A DNA stretch of 64,000 nucleotides, from assembly GCA_976551045.1 (NCBI GenBank), contig CDPCPM010000744.1:12338001-12402000 (forward strand), in the 5' to 3' direction. The position numbers were made by a program, and so were the translations under genes. Positions 13,393-26,129 of the stretch are shown here, in pieces (within the stretch, counting starts at the first letter, position 1; every line of letters begins with the position of its first letter). The notes under the pieces are model-generated. The model did not search any database, was not told the DNA's origin, and worked only from the letters and a program-made list of their open reading frames with translations. Origin of the DNA: Glaucostegus cemiculus. Taxonomy: Eukaryota.

Positions 13393-13637
13393 GCGGTTAG
13401 CGCGACGCTGTTATAGAGCCAGCGATCGGGGTTCGATTCCCGTCGCTGACTGTAAGGAGGTTGTACGTTCTCCCGGGTCTGCGTGGGTTTCCTCCGGGTG
13501 CTCCGGTTTCCTCCCACAATATAAAGACCTAGGGGTAGGTTAATTTGGAGGGGGGGGTTAAAATGGGCGGTGTGGACTCGTTGGGCCGAAAGGGCCTGTT
13601 ACCAAGCTGTAAATAAAATTTTAAAAAATTGTTAAAA
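13393..13637 (+). mobile_element. HE1-like V-SINE, slightly 5'-truncated, present only in unit 2
   Basis: gcggttagcgcgacgctgtta...ggggttcgattcccg B-box, V core gggtttcctccgggtgctccggtttcctcccaca, A-rich tail. Confidence 0.9.
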
Positions 13638-16600
13638 TCTCCACTGGATGAACTGAACCCGTGCTAATGGAGTTCTCTTCTCATTCACAATGAACCATTT
13701 GCAATTCTTCTCACCTTTCCCTGGTGAAAAAATAAACTCCAAAGGCAGCGCCATCTACAGCGGACTGCTGGAGAACACAAAGACTTGCCTTTCTGAAATG
13801 TCCTTTATCAGTACTTGGTCAGTGAACTTCTCACTGTGGTCGTCATGCTAATTTTGGGGAGGGGTCCCCTTTCCTGGCACTGCCCACCAGCGCATTCTGC
13901 CCCGCAGGTTGTTGGCTAGTCTTGTCAACGACAGTTATTTTTATGGAGACACAAGGGACGGCAGGCGCTGGAATCTGGAGTGACTGTTTATATGATTTAT
14001 TAAAGACAATAGTAACATAATTCTGTTTATTTCACAGCCTCTTATTCAAGTCGATATGCAGGCAATGCTCTTCGTTCACTGTCCTTTTTATTTTCAGCAG
14101 AGCAGAAATATGGTAAGCAGATTTTGTTATTTACCTTCAGGGTTCAGGATTGGACCTCCCCCTGAGTTTCTGGGATATATTTTAACTCCCTGCATGAAGA
14201 ATAGACAGTGCAGAGGGTAAACTCCCCAAATATCATTTTTACTCAATTCAATTCAGAAAGAACTCCAGTTCCCTGCACAATTAGTTATCAATTTTGGATG
14301 TTGGCAGATTGAACGTCTGAGCTGCTCCATGCTGAGGTTGAAACTGCTTTTGAGTGGGATGAAGAGTGGTCGACAGTGAATTCATACCCCCCTTCCACAC
14401 CCCACAGCATCAGCTGTCTCTGAATGAAAGAACCATACCGCTGATGCCGACGGGATCCTCAGGTCCACTTGTAGAGACAGCTCTGTACAGCGCAGAAACA
14501 GGCCCTTCGGCTCAACCCGTCCATGCCGACCACGTTGCCAACCTGATATAATCGCATTTTCCAGTGTTTCTATAATATGCCTCTAAACCCTCCTATTCCA
14601 AAGGAATTCCACAGATTCACTGCTCTCTGGGAAAAGTGTTCCAAGTGTTCCATTCTGACCAAAGTCGTTAATATATATGACAAATAACAGTGGATCCAGC
14701 ACCGGTCCCTGAGGCACACCACTAGTCACAGGCCTGCAGTCTGAAATCCACCCCCCCCCCCCACTACCAACCTCTGTCTCCTACCAGCAAAACTATTTTG
14801 CATCCAGTTGGCTAGCTTATCCTGGTTTCCAGGTTTTCTAACCTAACAGTCCCGCTTACCATGTGGGGCCACGTGATAGGCCTTGCTAATATATATCTAG
14901 ATGGCGTCTACCGCCCTGCCCTCGTCAATCCCCGTCATCACCAATTAAAAAAAAACTCAGTCCAATTCATGAGACACAATTTCCCCACACACAAACCCTG
15001 TTGTCTACCCGAATCATTCATTGTCTTTCAAAATGCAGGTAGATCCTGTCTCTCAGAAGCCTCTCCAGCAACTTTCCCAGCACTGATGGAAGGTGCAGTG
15101 GCCTGTGGTTCCCTGACCTTTCCGTTCTTAAATAAAGGCACAACATTCACCATTCTCCAGTCTTCTGCTGCCTCACCAATGGCACCTTCCAAAGGAAGCT
15201 AACCGGGAGACTTCTGGTCTCTGCCCCACCCCCTTCCCCGTGGGTCCTGTACCCGGTTCACTTGATCAGGAAGTGCTGCAGGGTTTCGTGCCATACATAA
15301 TCCAAGAATTCCAAGATTCAGTCAGTGCCTCGTCCTGGATCCTGGATCCCAGAATAAAATTATTCCGAATTTCCGAAAAACTGGCACTTGGTGCCGAGAC
15401 ACTGGCTTGGAAATTCGGAGTGTCTCTGAAGTCTATTTCATTGGTAATTCTTGTCCATTGATCCTATTTTCTGCCTGCACTGCACCTTCTCTTCACCTGG
15501 ACCCGTATCACTGCGTTCTGCATCCTGCTCCTGCTTTTTCCTTCGTAACTCTTCGATGTCCTGGTTTGAAACCTTCTGTGTGGACATATGGACAACAGGT
15601 AAAACAACTTTTTTCACCACCGTACATATGACAATAATAAATCCAGTACGGATTATTTTTTTCCAACTGGCAGTTCATATTTAATTTATAGTTTAGTCGA
15701 GACAATGCTGCTAGAACTAATAACAATAATGCCAATGAAATTACTTCTGGTGCTGAATTATATTTTCACATGTATTCCTTCAGCAACATGCAGCAGCCAA
15801 TAACTACCGTCTCCCTTCACTTGCCCCCGTTTCCCAAACATGATTTGAGTGCCTGCCGCTGCGGATCCTCATTAATTAAAACCTGATGGTGCAAAATACA
15901 AAGAAATCCCTCTTTGCCTGCACTTCAATGGGTTGAATTGGAGCTTCGGGCAGATGAGCTCTGAGTCACATCCTCTGCCCCTGCGGCTCCTTCAGAGCGA
16001 GTCAAGGACAGAGCTCTCACCCTGTGGATGGAGTTCTGACTGCCTTGTTCAGTTTCACTCAACGTTTATTGATCTCTGCACGAATCACCCACAGTCTTTG
16101 CTATACATCATTTATAGCCGCAGCATCTTGTGGACACGCCCCCACCCCGCAACCTCACCGCTCCCATCCCGACTGAATAAATTGAACCCGTAGTAATGGA
16201 GTTCCCTCCTCAATCACAATGTCCCCCACCATTTGCAATTCATCTCACATTTCCCTGGTGAAAATAATTCCAAAGTCAGCACCATCTACAGCGGACTGGT
16301 GGAGAACTCAATGACTTGTCTTTCTGAAATGTAATTTATCAGTACCTGGTCAGTGAACTTTTCATTGTGGTCTTCATGGTAGTTTTGGGGAAGGGTCCCC
16401 TTTCTTCGCACGGCCCACCAGCACATTCTGCCCCGCTGGCTTAAATTGGATTGTCTTTTCAACGACAGTTATTTCTATTGGAGACACAAGGGACGGCAAA
16501 TGCTGGAATCTGGAGTGACTCTTTACATGATTTATTGAAGACAATGGCAACACAATTCTGTTAATTTCACAGCCTCTCTTCCAACTCGAGATGCAAGTAA

Positions 16601-19600
16601 TGTTCTTCGTTCACTTTCCCTTTCACTTTCAGCAGAGCAGAATAATGGTATGCAGATTTTGTTGTTTATCTTCAGCGTTCTGGGTTCGACCTTCCCCTGA
16701 GTTTTGGGGATAACGTTTAACTCCCTGCATTAAAGATGGACAGTGCAGTGCAGAAGTAAAAATATAATTTTTACTCAATTCAAATCAAATAGGAATCCAG
16801 CTCCCTCCACAATTTGTTATCAATTCTGAATGTTGGCAGATTGAAGGTCTGAGCTGCTCCATGCTGATGATGAAACTGCTTTTGAGTGGGGTGAAGAGTG
16901 GTCGACAGTGAATTGATTCCCACACCCCACAGCATCAGTTGTCTCTGAATGAAACTACCAGACCGCTGATGCCGACGGCAACCTCAGGTCCATTTAGAGT
17001 CACAGAGCTGTACAGCACAGAAACAAGCCCTTCGGCTCAACCCGTCCATGCCGACCACGTTGCCAACCTTAGCAAGTCCCAGTTTCTTGTTTTTGTCTCA
17101 TATCCCTCTAAACCTTCCCTTTCCCAAAGATTTCCACAGATTCACTGCTCTCTGGGAAAAGTGTTCCAAGTGTTCCATTCTGAACCAAGTCGTTAATATA
17201 TATGACAAACAACAGTGGACCCAGCACCGATCCCTGAGGCACACCACTAGTCACAGGCCTGCAATCTTAAATCCACCCCTCCACTACCACTCTCTGATTT
17301 CTACCAGCAAAACTATTTTGCATCCAGTTGGCTAGCTTAGCCTGGTTTCCAGGTGTTCTAACCTAACAGACCCGCCTACCATGTTGTGCCACGTGAAAGA
17401 CCTTGCTAATATCTATGTAGATGGCTTCTACCGCCCTGCCCTCGTCAATCCTCGTCATCAAACAACTCAGTCCAATTCAATGGACACGATTTCCCACACA
17501 CAAACCTTGCTGACTGACCCAAATCAGTCATTGCCTTCCCAAATGCAGGTAGATCCTGTCTCCTAGAATCCTCTCCAAAGCAGTACCAGCATGATGGAAT
17601 GTGCAGTAGTCTGTGGTTCCCTGGCTTTTCCCTTCTTAAATATTCACCACTCTCTAAACTTCTGGTAGCTCACCCATGGCAAGCTGAACGGGAGACTTGT
17701 GGTCTCTGCCCCACCACACCACCACCCCCGCCCCCCAACCCCGTAGGTCCTGTGCCCGGTTCACTTCATCAGGAAGTGCGGCAGGGTTCAGTACTATGCA
17801 TAAGACAAGATTTGCAAGATTCAGACAGTGCCCAGACCTGGATCCTGAATCGCAGAATAAAATGATGTGAATTTCAGATAAACTGGCACTTCGTGCTGAG
17901 ACACTGGCTTGGAAATTCGGAGGGACTCTGAAGTTTATTTCATTCGTAATTCTTGTCCATTGCTCTTATTGTCTGCCTTCACTGCACCTTCTCCGTACCT
18001 GGACCCGTAGCACTGCATTCTGCATTCTATTCTTCCTTTTCTCTTTGTAACACTTCGATGTCCTGATTTGAAACGATCTGTATATGGACAGCAGGTAAAA
18101 CAAAATGTTTTCACCTCCGTACATGTGACAATAATATATCCAGTACTAATTGCTTTTTTTTCAAAATGGCAGTTCATATTTAATTTATAAGGTAGTCGAA
18201 CTAATGCTGCTACTAATAGTCACAATTATGCCAATGTAATCACTTCTGGTGCTGATATATAATTTCACACGAATTCCTTCAGCAACATGCAGCAGCTAAT
18301 AATTTCTGTCTCCCTTCACTTGCCCCCGTTTCCCAAACATGAGTTGAGTGGCTGTCGCTGCTGATCCGCATTAATTAAAACCTGATGTTGCAAAATACTA
18401 AGAAATCCCTCTTTTCCGGCACCTCATTCGGTTGAATTGGCGCTCCGGGCAGATCAGCTCTGGGTCACCTCCTCTCCCCCGGCTGCTGCTCCAGAGCGGG
18501 TCAGGGACAGAGATCTCACCCTGTGGATGGAGTTCTGACTGCCTCGTTCAATTTCATTCATCGTTTATTAATCTCTGCACAAAGTCACCCACAGCCTTTG
18601 CTAAACATCGCTTATAGCCGCAGCAGCTTGTGAACACGGACCACCACCAGCCCCCCCTCCACCAAACTTCACCTCTCGCATTCCGACTGGATGAAATGTA
18701 CCCGTGGTTATGCAGCTCCCTCCTCATTCAGAATGTCCCCAACCATTTGCAATTCATCTCACCTTTCCCTGGTGGAAAAATATCCAAAGTCAGCACCATC
18801 TACAGCGGACTGGTGGAGAACGCATCGACAGCGGACTGGTGGAGAACGCAATGACTTGTCTTTCTGAAATGTAATTTATCAGTACCTGGTCAGTGAACTT
18901 TTCATTGTGGTCTTCATGGTAATTTTGGGGAAGGGTCCCTTTCCTCGCACGGCCCACCAGCACATTCTGCCCCGCTGGCCACAATAGGCTTGTCTTGTCA
19001 ACGACAATTATTTCTATGGAGACACAAGGGACGTCAGATGCTGTAATATTGAGTGACTGTTTAGATGATCTATTAAAGACAATGGTATCAGAGTTCTGTT
19101 TATTTCACAGCCTCCCTTCCAACTGGAGATGCAGTAATGTTCTTCGATCACTGTCCTTTTCACTTACAGAAGAGCAGAATAATGGTATGCAGATTTGCTG
19201 TTTACCTTCAGCGTTCAGGATTGGATCTCCCCCTGAGTTGCAGGAATAACTTTTTAGTCCCTGCATTAAGAATGGACTGTGCAGAGGGGAAACTGCCCCA
19301 ATATCACTTTTACTCAATTTAATTCAAATATAAATCCAGCACCCTGCACAATTAGTTATCAATTTTGGATGTTGGCAGATTGAACGTCTGAGCTGCTCCA
19401 TACTGAGGATGAAACTGCTTTTGAGCGGGGTGAAGTGTGGTCGACAGTGAATTGATTCCCCCTCCAAAACCCACAGCATCAGCTGTCTCTGAAGGAAACA
19501 AACAGACCGGTGATGCCGACGGCCACCTCATGTCCACTTGGAGTCACAGAGCTGTACAGCACAGAAACAAGCCCTTCGGCTCAACCCGTCCATGCCGACC

Positions 19601-19719
19601 AAGTTGTTAACCTGAGCAAGTCCAATTTTCCTGTGTTTTACTATTATCCCTCTATCCTTCCCTATCTCAAAGAATGCCACAGATTCACTGCTCTCTGGGA
19701 AAAGTTTTAGCCTCGACAC

Positions 19720-20085
19720 CTCTTAAATGTCGTTATCAAATCGTGTCCCTGCACTCTCTTAGGCAGTTCACTCCTCTTTTTCCCTTTCCCCTAAATAAAT
19801 CTATTTTGTCTCGTTTTATTCGTCTCTGATAAGGGGAAGAGATTCTTGCATTCGTATCCCTCGATGTTTTAGATACCTCAATCATGACCCCTCTTAACCT
19901 GCTCCATGCCGGGCAACATGCTGTTGAATCTGCTCTGCACCCTCTCCAAAGCTATCACTTCTTTCTCACAGTATGGGGACCAGAACTGTATGAAGTGCTC
20001 CAGCTGAGATCTTACCAATGTTTCATAAAGTTGGAGCACCACCTCCCTGCTCTTGTATGCAATGCCTCTACTAATGAAGCCCACA
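19720..20085 (-). mobile_element. CR1 3' ORF2 fragment
   Basis: ORF 19878..20090 gives FISRGIAYKSREVVLQLYETLVRSQLEHFIQFWSPY..LERVQ. Confidence 0.85.
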
Positions 20086-20569
20086 CTCACATATCCTGTT
20101 ATCTATCCTACTCACCGTTCACAATAGCGCCATCATAACTACCCGTGCTGGTAATAATAGGTTTTTTGCACATCCTGGCTATACCATTTGGCAAACAATA
20201 CAATTCTGAACTGCTGAGGGGAAGAGTCTTCCTTCGTTTACCTCTCCAAGCAAATCACAATATTGTGCACTTCTGTCAAATCTCTTCTTGACATTTTGCA
20301 CTGAACTTCCTCAGCTTTCCAGTCCAATGTTACTGCTGAAACCCTTCCTTCATCCGTGGACTTTTCTGGGGAATCTTTTCTGCATCCTCACTGGAAGTGG
20401 TGAATAGAAATAGACACAGAAATCTTAAACAGAGTTCCCTGCAAGTTTCACCTGACCTCTCTGCTACATGGTGTCTCAATTTATTAATCCCAGGATCACA
20501 TTGGTTTTACTCATTCAATGAGACACCAAAACTGAAAATGCTTAGTCACTGTTGCTCTGATTTCTCACC

Positions 20570-20660
20570 ATTAAACTTGAGGAACAGCACCTCACTTCCC
20601 GACCGGGCAAGTGACGGTCCAAACACCCACCACTGAATTCAGCCATTTTGGATAACCGGA
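20570..20660 (+). mobile_element. Penelope GIY-YIG C-terminal remnant
   Basis: aaacttgaggaacagcacctc... translates KLEEQHL..R.G, with ..EFSHF* downstream, resembling the Penelope ORF C-terminus. Confidence 0.5.
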
Positions 20661-20744
20661 CTCCGCATTTTGCATGTGAACTGACAATAAACGTTCCGTG
20701 TTTCTTATTGGAGATTCAAAACAAGAATTCCCGACACGTATTGC

Positions 20745-21600
20745 TGAACACAAAAACTAGTGGTGTTGATGATCGTGAAGGTGATAGGTTTATGTCACAG
20801 GAAGGTATTGATCAATTGGAAAAATGGGCAGAGCAATGGCAGGTAGAATTCAATGAAATTTAATCCTGATAAATGCGAGGCAATCCACTTTGTGATAGGG
20901 ATAGGACATACACAGTGGAAGGTTAGACTTCAGGGAGAATTAAGGAACGACGGGACCTTGTGCACAGGTCTAAGGATCCCTGAAAGTGCCAGCACAGGTA
21001 GATAAGTTGTCAAAGATGGCGTATGGGATGCCAAGTTTTATTAAGTATGATATAGAGTATTAGAGCAGGAAAGTTTCGTGCAGTTATACAAAATATTGTT
21101 ACACAACAGCTGGAAGGCTAGAGTGTGATGTCCAGTCGTCACAGCATAGGAAGTGCAGAAGTGATTGATTGCACCGTAGAGTGTCCAAAGGGTATTTACC
21201 AGGATGTCTCCTGGGGTTCAATTATGAAGTGAGAGCGGATCGTCTGCATTTGTTTGCCTTGGAGTGCAAGAAGCACAGGGATATGCTTGAGGTATCCAAC
21301 AGTATAAGTGGCTGAGACGGCACAGATCGGAGGACACATTTCCCCATATCGGTGGTGTTACAAGAACAGAAGACATTAATTTATGGTAAGTGACAAGGTG
21401 CAGAGGATCTGAGGAAGAAACTTCGCACCCATTGTGTGCTTGGAATCTGGAATGTGCTGTCTGAGTGTTTGGTGGACGCAGAGACTCTCACAATATCTGG
21501 GCAACCACTGGATTCACCGAGGCAGAGGAGGCAAGTTACGTTTGTAGATTGTTGCGGTTAACATCTGAATAGGGAGCAGGACATCTTAGATCGAATGGTG
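20745..21600 (+). mobile_element. Old CR1 LINE 3' half
   Basis: TKTSGVDD..IDQLEKWAEQWQVEFN and downstream WN.L motifs, with many frameshifts. Confidence 0.8.
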
Positions 21601-22569
21601 TGGAAAAGAAACGGTTATTTAATAATCACATTAATGTTTGTTTCAAAGAAATAAAGGTGCACTTTTGACCTAACATTCCATTTTTGACTGGGCATCATAA
21701 AGTCTCAGCGCTCAGCACTAAATTATGTCACTCCAGATAGCCCGGCTTTCTGGTTTGCTTCAGATCCGAACATTAGCAGTCTCTTTTTCGGGTCAGAGAT
21801 TCAAAGCATGGATTCCTGGAACATAATAGGCTGCATTTGCAGATGGTTATGGTTGGAATCTGACTGGGGAACAGGGAATCTCAGAACCTACGATGTGCGA
21901 CAAGAAGGAGTTAAAATAATACTGAGCTTCTAAAGGGTCCCTCGGAAAATGTGACCCAAATATGATCTCACACATTTGGAGGATGGAGTGCACGAATGTG
22001 TAAGGGCACCGAGGGCAGTGGTAATGCGCTCACCCTGTGCCATCTGTGGATACACATGGAAAATGGGCCAGTACAGCAGAGGACTCGGCCCTTCGGCCCA
22101 CAGTGTCTGTGCCAACCATGATGCCAACCCAAGGGTTAAACAACTGTATTCAGTTGTGCGAAAACTCTACTTCCGAAATATTGTCTACAAACAATACTGA
22201 CGCTGATCTGTTTCTTCCCCATGACAGTGGTCTTCTTATGTCAGCTATGCTAAATGTTTTCTCAAGGAATTTATTCCCCATTTTCTTGCAAACCTTTGAT
22301 AAATTGTTAACAACAGACAGCAAATGCAGGAAATTCTCAGCAGGCCAGACAAACAGAATTAATGTTTCGGGTCGAAGACTTTGTATCAACAATCAGGTTA
22401 GGCAAGGTAAGATGTGCCAATTGGAAATCCTGTCAGTGAGAGGATATGAATTCCTCAAGGTGAAGCGAGCGCATCTCATTCCCTCTCCCTCCTTTCTTAA
22501 ACAATTCCGTTACATTTTTTACCGTTAATCTGTAAGAAGCCTTCCACAACTGTTTGTTTTAAATGTCAG

Positions 22570-22760
22570 AGGGGCAACAAAGTGGTGCGACAGGTAGTTG
22601 CGCTGCCTCACTGCTCAAGAGACCCGGGCTCAATCCCGACATCCGGCACTGTTTGTGCGTGGAGTTTGCACGTTCTCCCTGTCACCCTGTGGGTTTGCCG
22701 CGGATGCTCCGGTTTCCTCCCACATCCTAACGACATGCGGGATGATTGGTTAATCCAGGC
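22570..22760 (+). mobile_element. V-SINE (older subfamily)
   Basis: gctgcctcactgctcaagagacccgggctcaatcc (B-box-like) and V core gggtttgccgcggatgctccggtttcctcccacatcc. Confidence 0.8.
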
Positions 22761-24799
22761 ATATGTGATGTGATAAATTTTGGGAGAACAAAAGAAACTA
22801 AGCAATGCAATGTGAATCACAGGGCCTTGAGGTGCATAGTGGAACAGGGGACCTTGGGGTACATCCCCACAGACCCTTAATGGAGGAAAAGAAGGTAGAG
22901 AATGTGCTGAGGGAAACAGATTGGATACTGAATTTCATTGGTCGGGACATTGAATACAAAGTCGGGAGGTGTATTCCCACTGTATAAAACCTTGGGCAGA
23001 CCTCAGCTGCAGTCTCTACTTTACTATAAAGGTCAGTGGAGGCTGCTTGAACGGCCTCCGAATCATATCTCCACTCCCGCTTCAACGCACGTTCCCGATT
23101 GCTTCCCTTCTTCTCCTGGTCACTTGTCCCTCTCCCAGATCTAACATCACTGTAAACGTTGAAAACGAGACCATTCTCTGCGGTTCGACTGCTCGGAGCT
23201 TACTGCTCTTAAGTCAATTTAGCCTGAAGACTATCATTCCAGGCTGCGGTTATCAGGGCGAATGTCACCTCCTGCATCCGGTTTACATGGATTGGCCGGT
23301 GCATAGATATCTTCTGGCAGAGAAAATCCAGTTTACCAATAAAACGCACTCACACGTTTTGCTTATTTGAAAGCAATTCCAGTGAATATACAACTTGCGC
23401 ACGAGAACACGCTGCTCAGGGTAAAGGGGAACTCTAAATGACAAGCCCCTCTGTCCCTGTTGCTGTTCAAACCAATCAATTAGTCTGATATTTTTGGTTA
23501 CCAGGATTTGTCCTTTGGTTAATGTTGCACCTGGTGAGTTCTGGAGCATTTTCTGTTGGTATCGAGTCCCTAGTGAAGGAGATCTGAGTTCAAGCAGTTG
23601 AGCTGAGCCTGAAGTTGGCCCCTCTGGTTGGGTGAAGTTGCGTGAAATAGATTGATGTTGGATCGAATTTGTTCTTGGATGATCGATGAGCGAAGTAGTT
23701 GCATTTTTCTTGCATAATAAAGCAATATTCTTTCCACCACAAGAAGTGTCTCTGGTTTTTTTGTCTCTCGTTATGTGCACTCCACTCACGATTGAATACT
23801 ACATGTCCGTTTATCTTCACTCCTCTTATTACCTTCAGGGGTTTTCGTTCATTCGTGAACAGAATTGAAACTAAAAATCAGACTGAATTAGACCCACAGA
23901 ATCCGAGCTTCTGAAGACCTGTCGACTCAGAGTTCCATCTTGTTGTGAAACACACAACGGGAGCAATGGGCTACACTCTTGCTCAGGTCTGATCTCGGGG
24001 AATAATCCTTCAACAAACCGTATCTCTGGCCAGTTGATGCCGAGTCCCGCATCCCCCCGCTGAGTTCACGTTTCACAACAATGTATGGGCTCAGCGTCTG
24101 GCAGCAACATCTCCACCAAAATGAGAGACCTTGTTCACTCGCTGCTGCCGTGTTCACCAGACCCACGGCGGGGAAATCGCACCCGTCCTCCAAAAACAAA
24201 GGACAAAAGGAAGTCATGGGCAGCGGATGACTCAGGAAACGACTTAATACTTGTTTTATTGTAGTCTCATGTACCGAGATACAGTGGAAAGCTTTGTCTG
24301 TGTGCCAATCGGATATATCATTTCCCCCATCGGTACATCGGGGTCACAGTAAAGGAAAACAAAACCGAATGCAGAATATAGTGTTACAGTTCCAGAAAAA
24401 GTGTATTGCAGTCGGAAAATAAAGTGCAAGACACCCGGCGAGGAAGATTGAGAGTTGAAGAGTTGATGGATCACTCCAGTTCAAACTTCAATGTCCCAAA
24501 TCACCCCGACCCATCTTTTATCTGATTGGGAAATTGATGATCTGTCACGAGTCTGCATAACACGACTGCTTCCAACCATGTGAAAAAATACTAAACACCA
24601 AATTATAAAGGTATTATCATCACATCATCATTATGCAGAAGAAACATCCAGGCTCATAGCTGAGTTGTTAAACGTGCTTCTGTGTGTAGCTGTTTTATGT
24701 TGACCACCGCAGAGAGTTAATAACTACTTAATCACAACATGTTCTGAAGGACCATCTACTCTTCAAGGATAAGGACTCTTTAAGGAATAAGAATTCAAG

Positions 24800-25730
24800 G
24801 ACTGTTTGAGTGGAAAAGTTGGGATGTAATGTTGCAGTTGTACAAGACCTTGGTGAGAGAGCATTTGGAATGTTCTATCCAGTTCTGTTCACCCTGCAAT
24901 AGGAAGGATGCCATTTAGGTGGAAATACTGCAGAGGAGATTTATAAGGATTTTGCTCGGACTTGAGGGACTGAGTTGTGGAGAGAGGTTGAGCAAGTTTG
25001 GACCTGTTTCATTGGAGATTAGGAGAATGAGGGGGGATCTTATAGAGGTGTATCAAATCACGAGGGCGTAGATAAGGTAAATACACACAGTACTTTCCGC
25101 AGATTTCGGGAATCACGAACTGGAGGGCACGGGTTTAAGGTGAGAGGGGAGAGATTTAATAGGAACCTGAAGACAACGTTTAGAAACATAGAAACATTGA
25201 AAACCTACAGCACAATTCAGGTACTTCGGCCCACAAAGCTGTGCCGAACATGTTCCTACCTCAGAGACACACAACCCTCTATTTTCTCAGCTCTATGTAC
25301 CTATTCAAAAGTCTCTTAAAAGACACTACCGTATCCGCCTCCACCATCGTTGCCGGTAGCCCAATCCACACATTCAACATTGAGTAAAAATATTACCCCT
25401 GACATCTCCCCTATACCTGCTTCCCAACATCTTAAACCTATGTCCTCTTGTGACAACCATTTCAGCCCTAGAAAAAAAAGCCTCTGACTGTCTACCTGAT
25501 CAATACCTCTCATCATCTTATATACCTTCATCAGATGCCCCGCTCATCCTCCGTCGCTACAAGTAGAAAGGTCCGAGTTCCCTCAACCTGTTTTCATAAG
25601 GCATGCACCGCAATCCGGGCAGCATCCTTATAAATCTCATCTGCACCGTTTCTATGGCTACCACATCCTTTCTGTAGTGAGGTGACCAGAACGGAGCACA
25701 GTATTCGAAGAGGGGTATGACCAGGGTCCC
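24800..25730. mobile_element. Two CR1 3' fragments in opposite orientation (+ 24800-25180; - 25180-25730 with (TGTTTCTA)n tail)
   Basis: The plus copy encodes LQLYKTLVR..LE; the minus copy starts with tagaaacatagaaacattgaaa, and ORF 25316..25531 gives VYKMMRGIDQVDSQRLF. Confidence 0.8.
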
Positions 25731-25734
25731 AGTG

Positions 25735-25985
25735 AGGTCAAGGCTCCATCTTATGGTACTAGGGGACCGTTCAATAGTCTTTTCACAGTGGGATAGAAAT
25801 TGTGTTTGAACTTAGTGATACGTGCTTTCAGGCTTTTGTATCTTCTACCCGATTGGAGAACGGAGAAGAGAATGCCCAGGATGGATGGGGTATTTCATTA
25901 CGTTGGCTGCTTTGCCGATATAGCGAAAAGTGTTGACAGAGTCCATGGAGGGGAAGCTGGTTTCCATGATGTGCTGAGCTGCTCG
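25735..25985 (-). mobile_element. Rex1/Babar-type LINE 3' fragment
   Basis: 'tgctttcaggcttttgtatcttctacccgattggag' is the reverse of the LPSGRRYRSL motif. Confidence 0.6.
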
Positions 25986-26129
25986 GTGGTGTCAGTCAGA
26001 ATCCATTTTCCAGGGCTTATCCAGGAGCATTTTAAGGCTGTGTTCCTGGACATTGTCCTCAACAATGCCACCGTGGGTGGGAATTAAAGGACAGGGACAA
26101 ACTTCACTGGGTAAGATCATATCTAGTTT

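Larger units (their letters stand above)
9105..19705. repeat. Tandem array of four ~2.52-kb composite units (starts 9105, 11879, 14650, 17175)
   Basis: The anchor ccattctga recurs at 9105/11879/14650/17175 and g(t)aggtcctgtgcccggttcactt at about 9672/12460/15240/17743. Internal order is the same in all four: CR1 piece, unique block, Rex tail, unique block, CR1 tail. Confidence 0.95.

Noticed and set aside
9105-19705. Antigen-receptor V-segment array or CRISPR-like array
   Set aside because: No heptamer-spacer-nonamer signals, no Ig-domain ORF and no short repeat-spacer structure.
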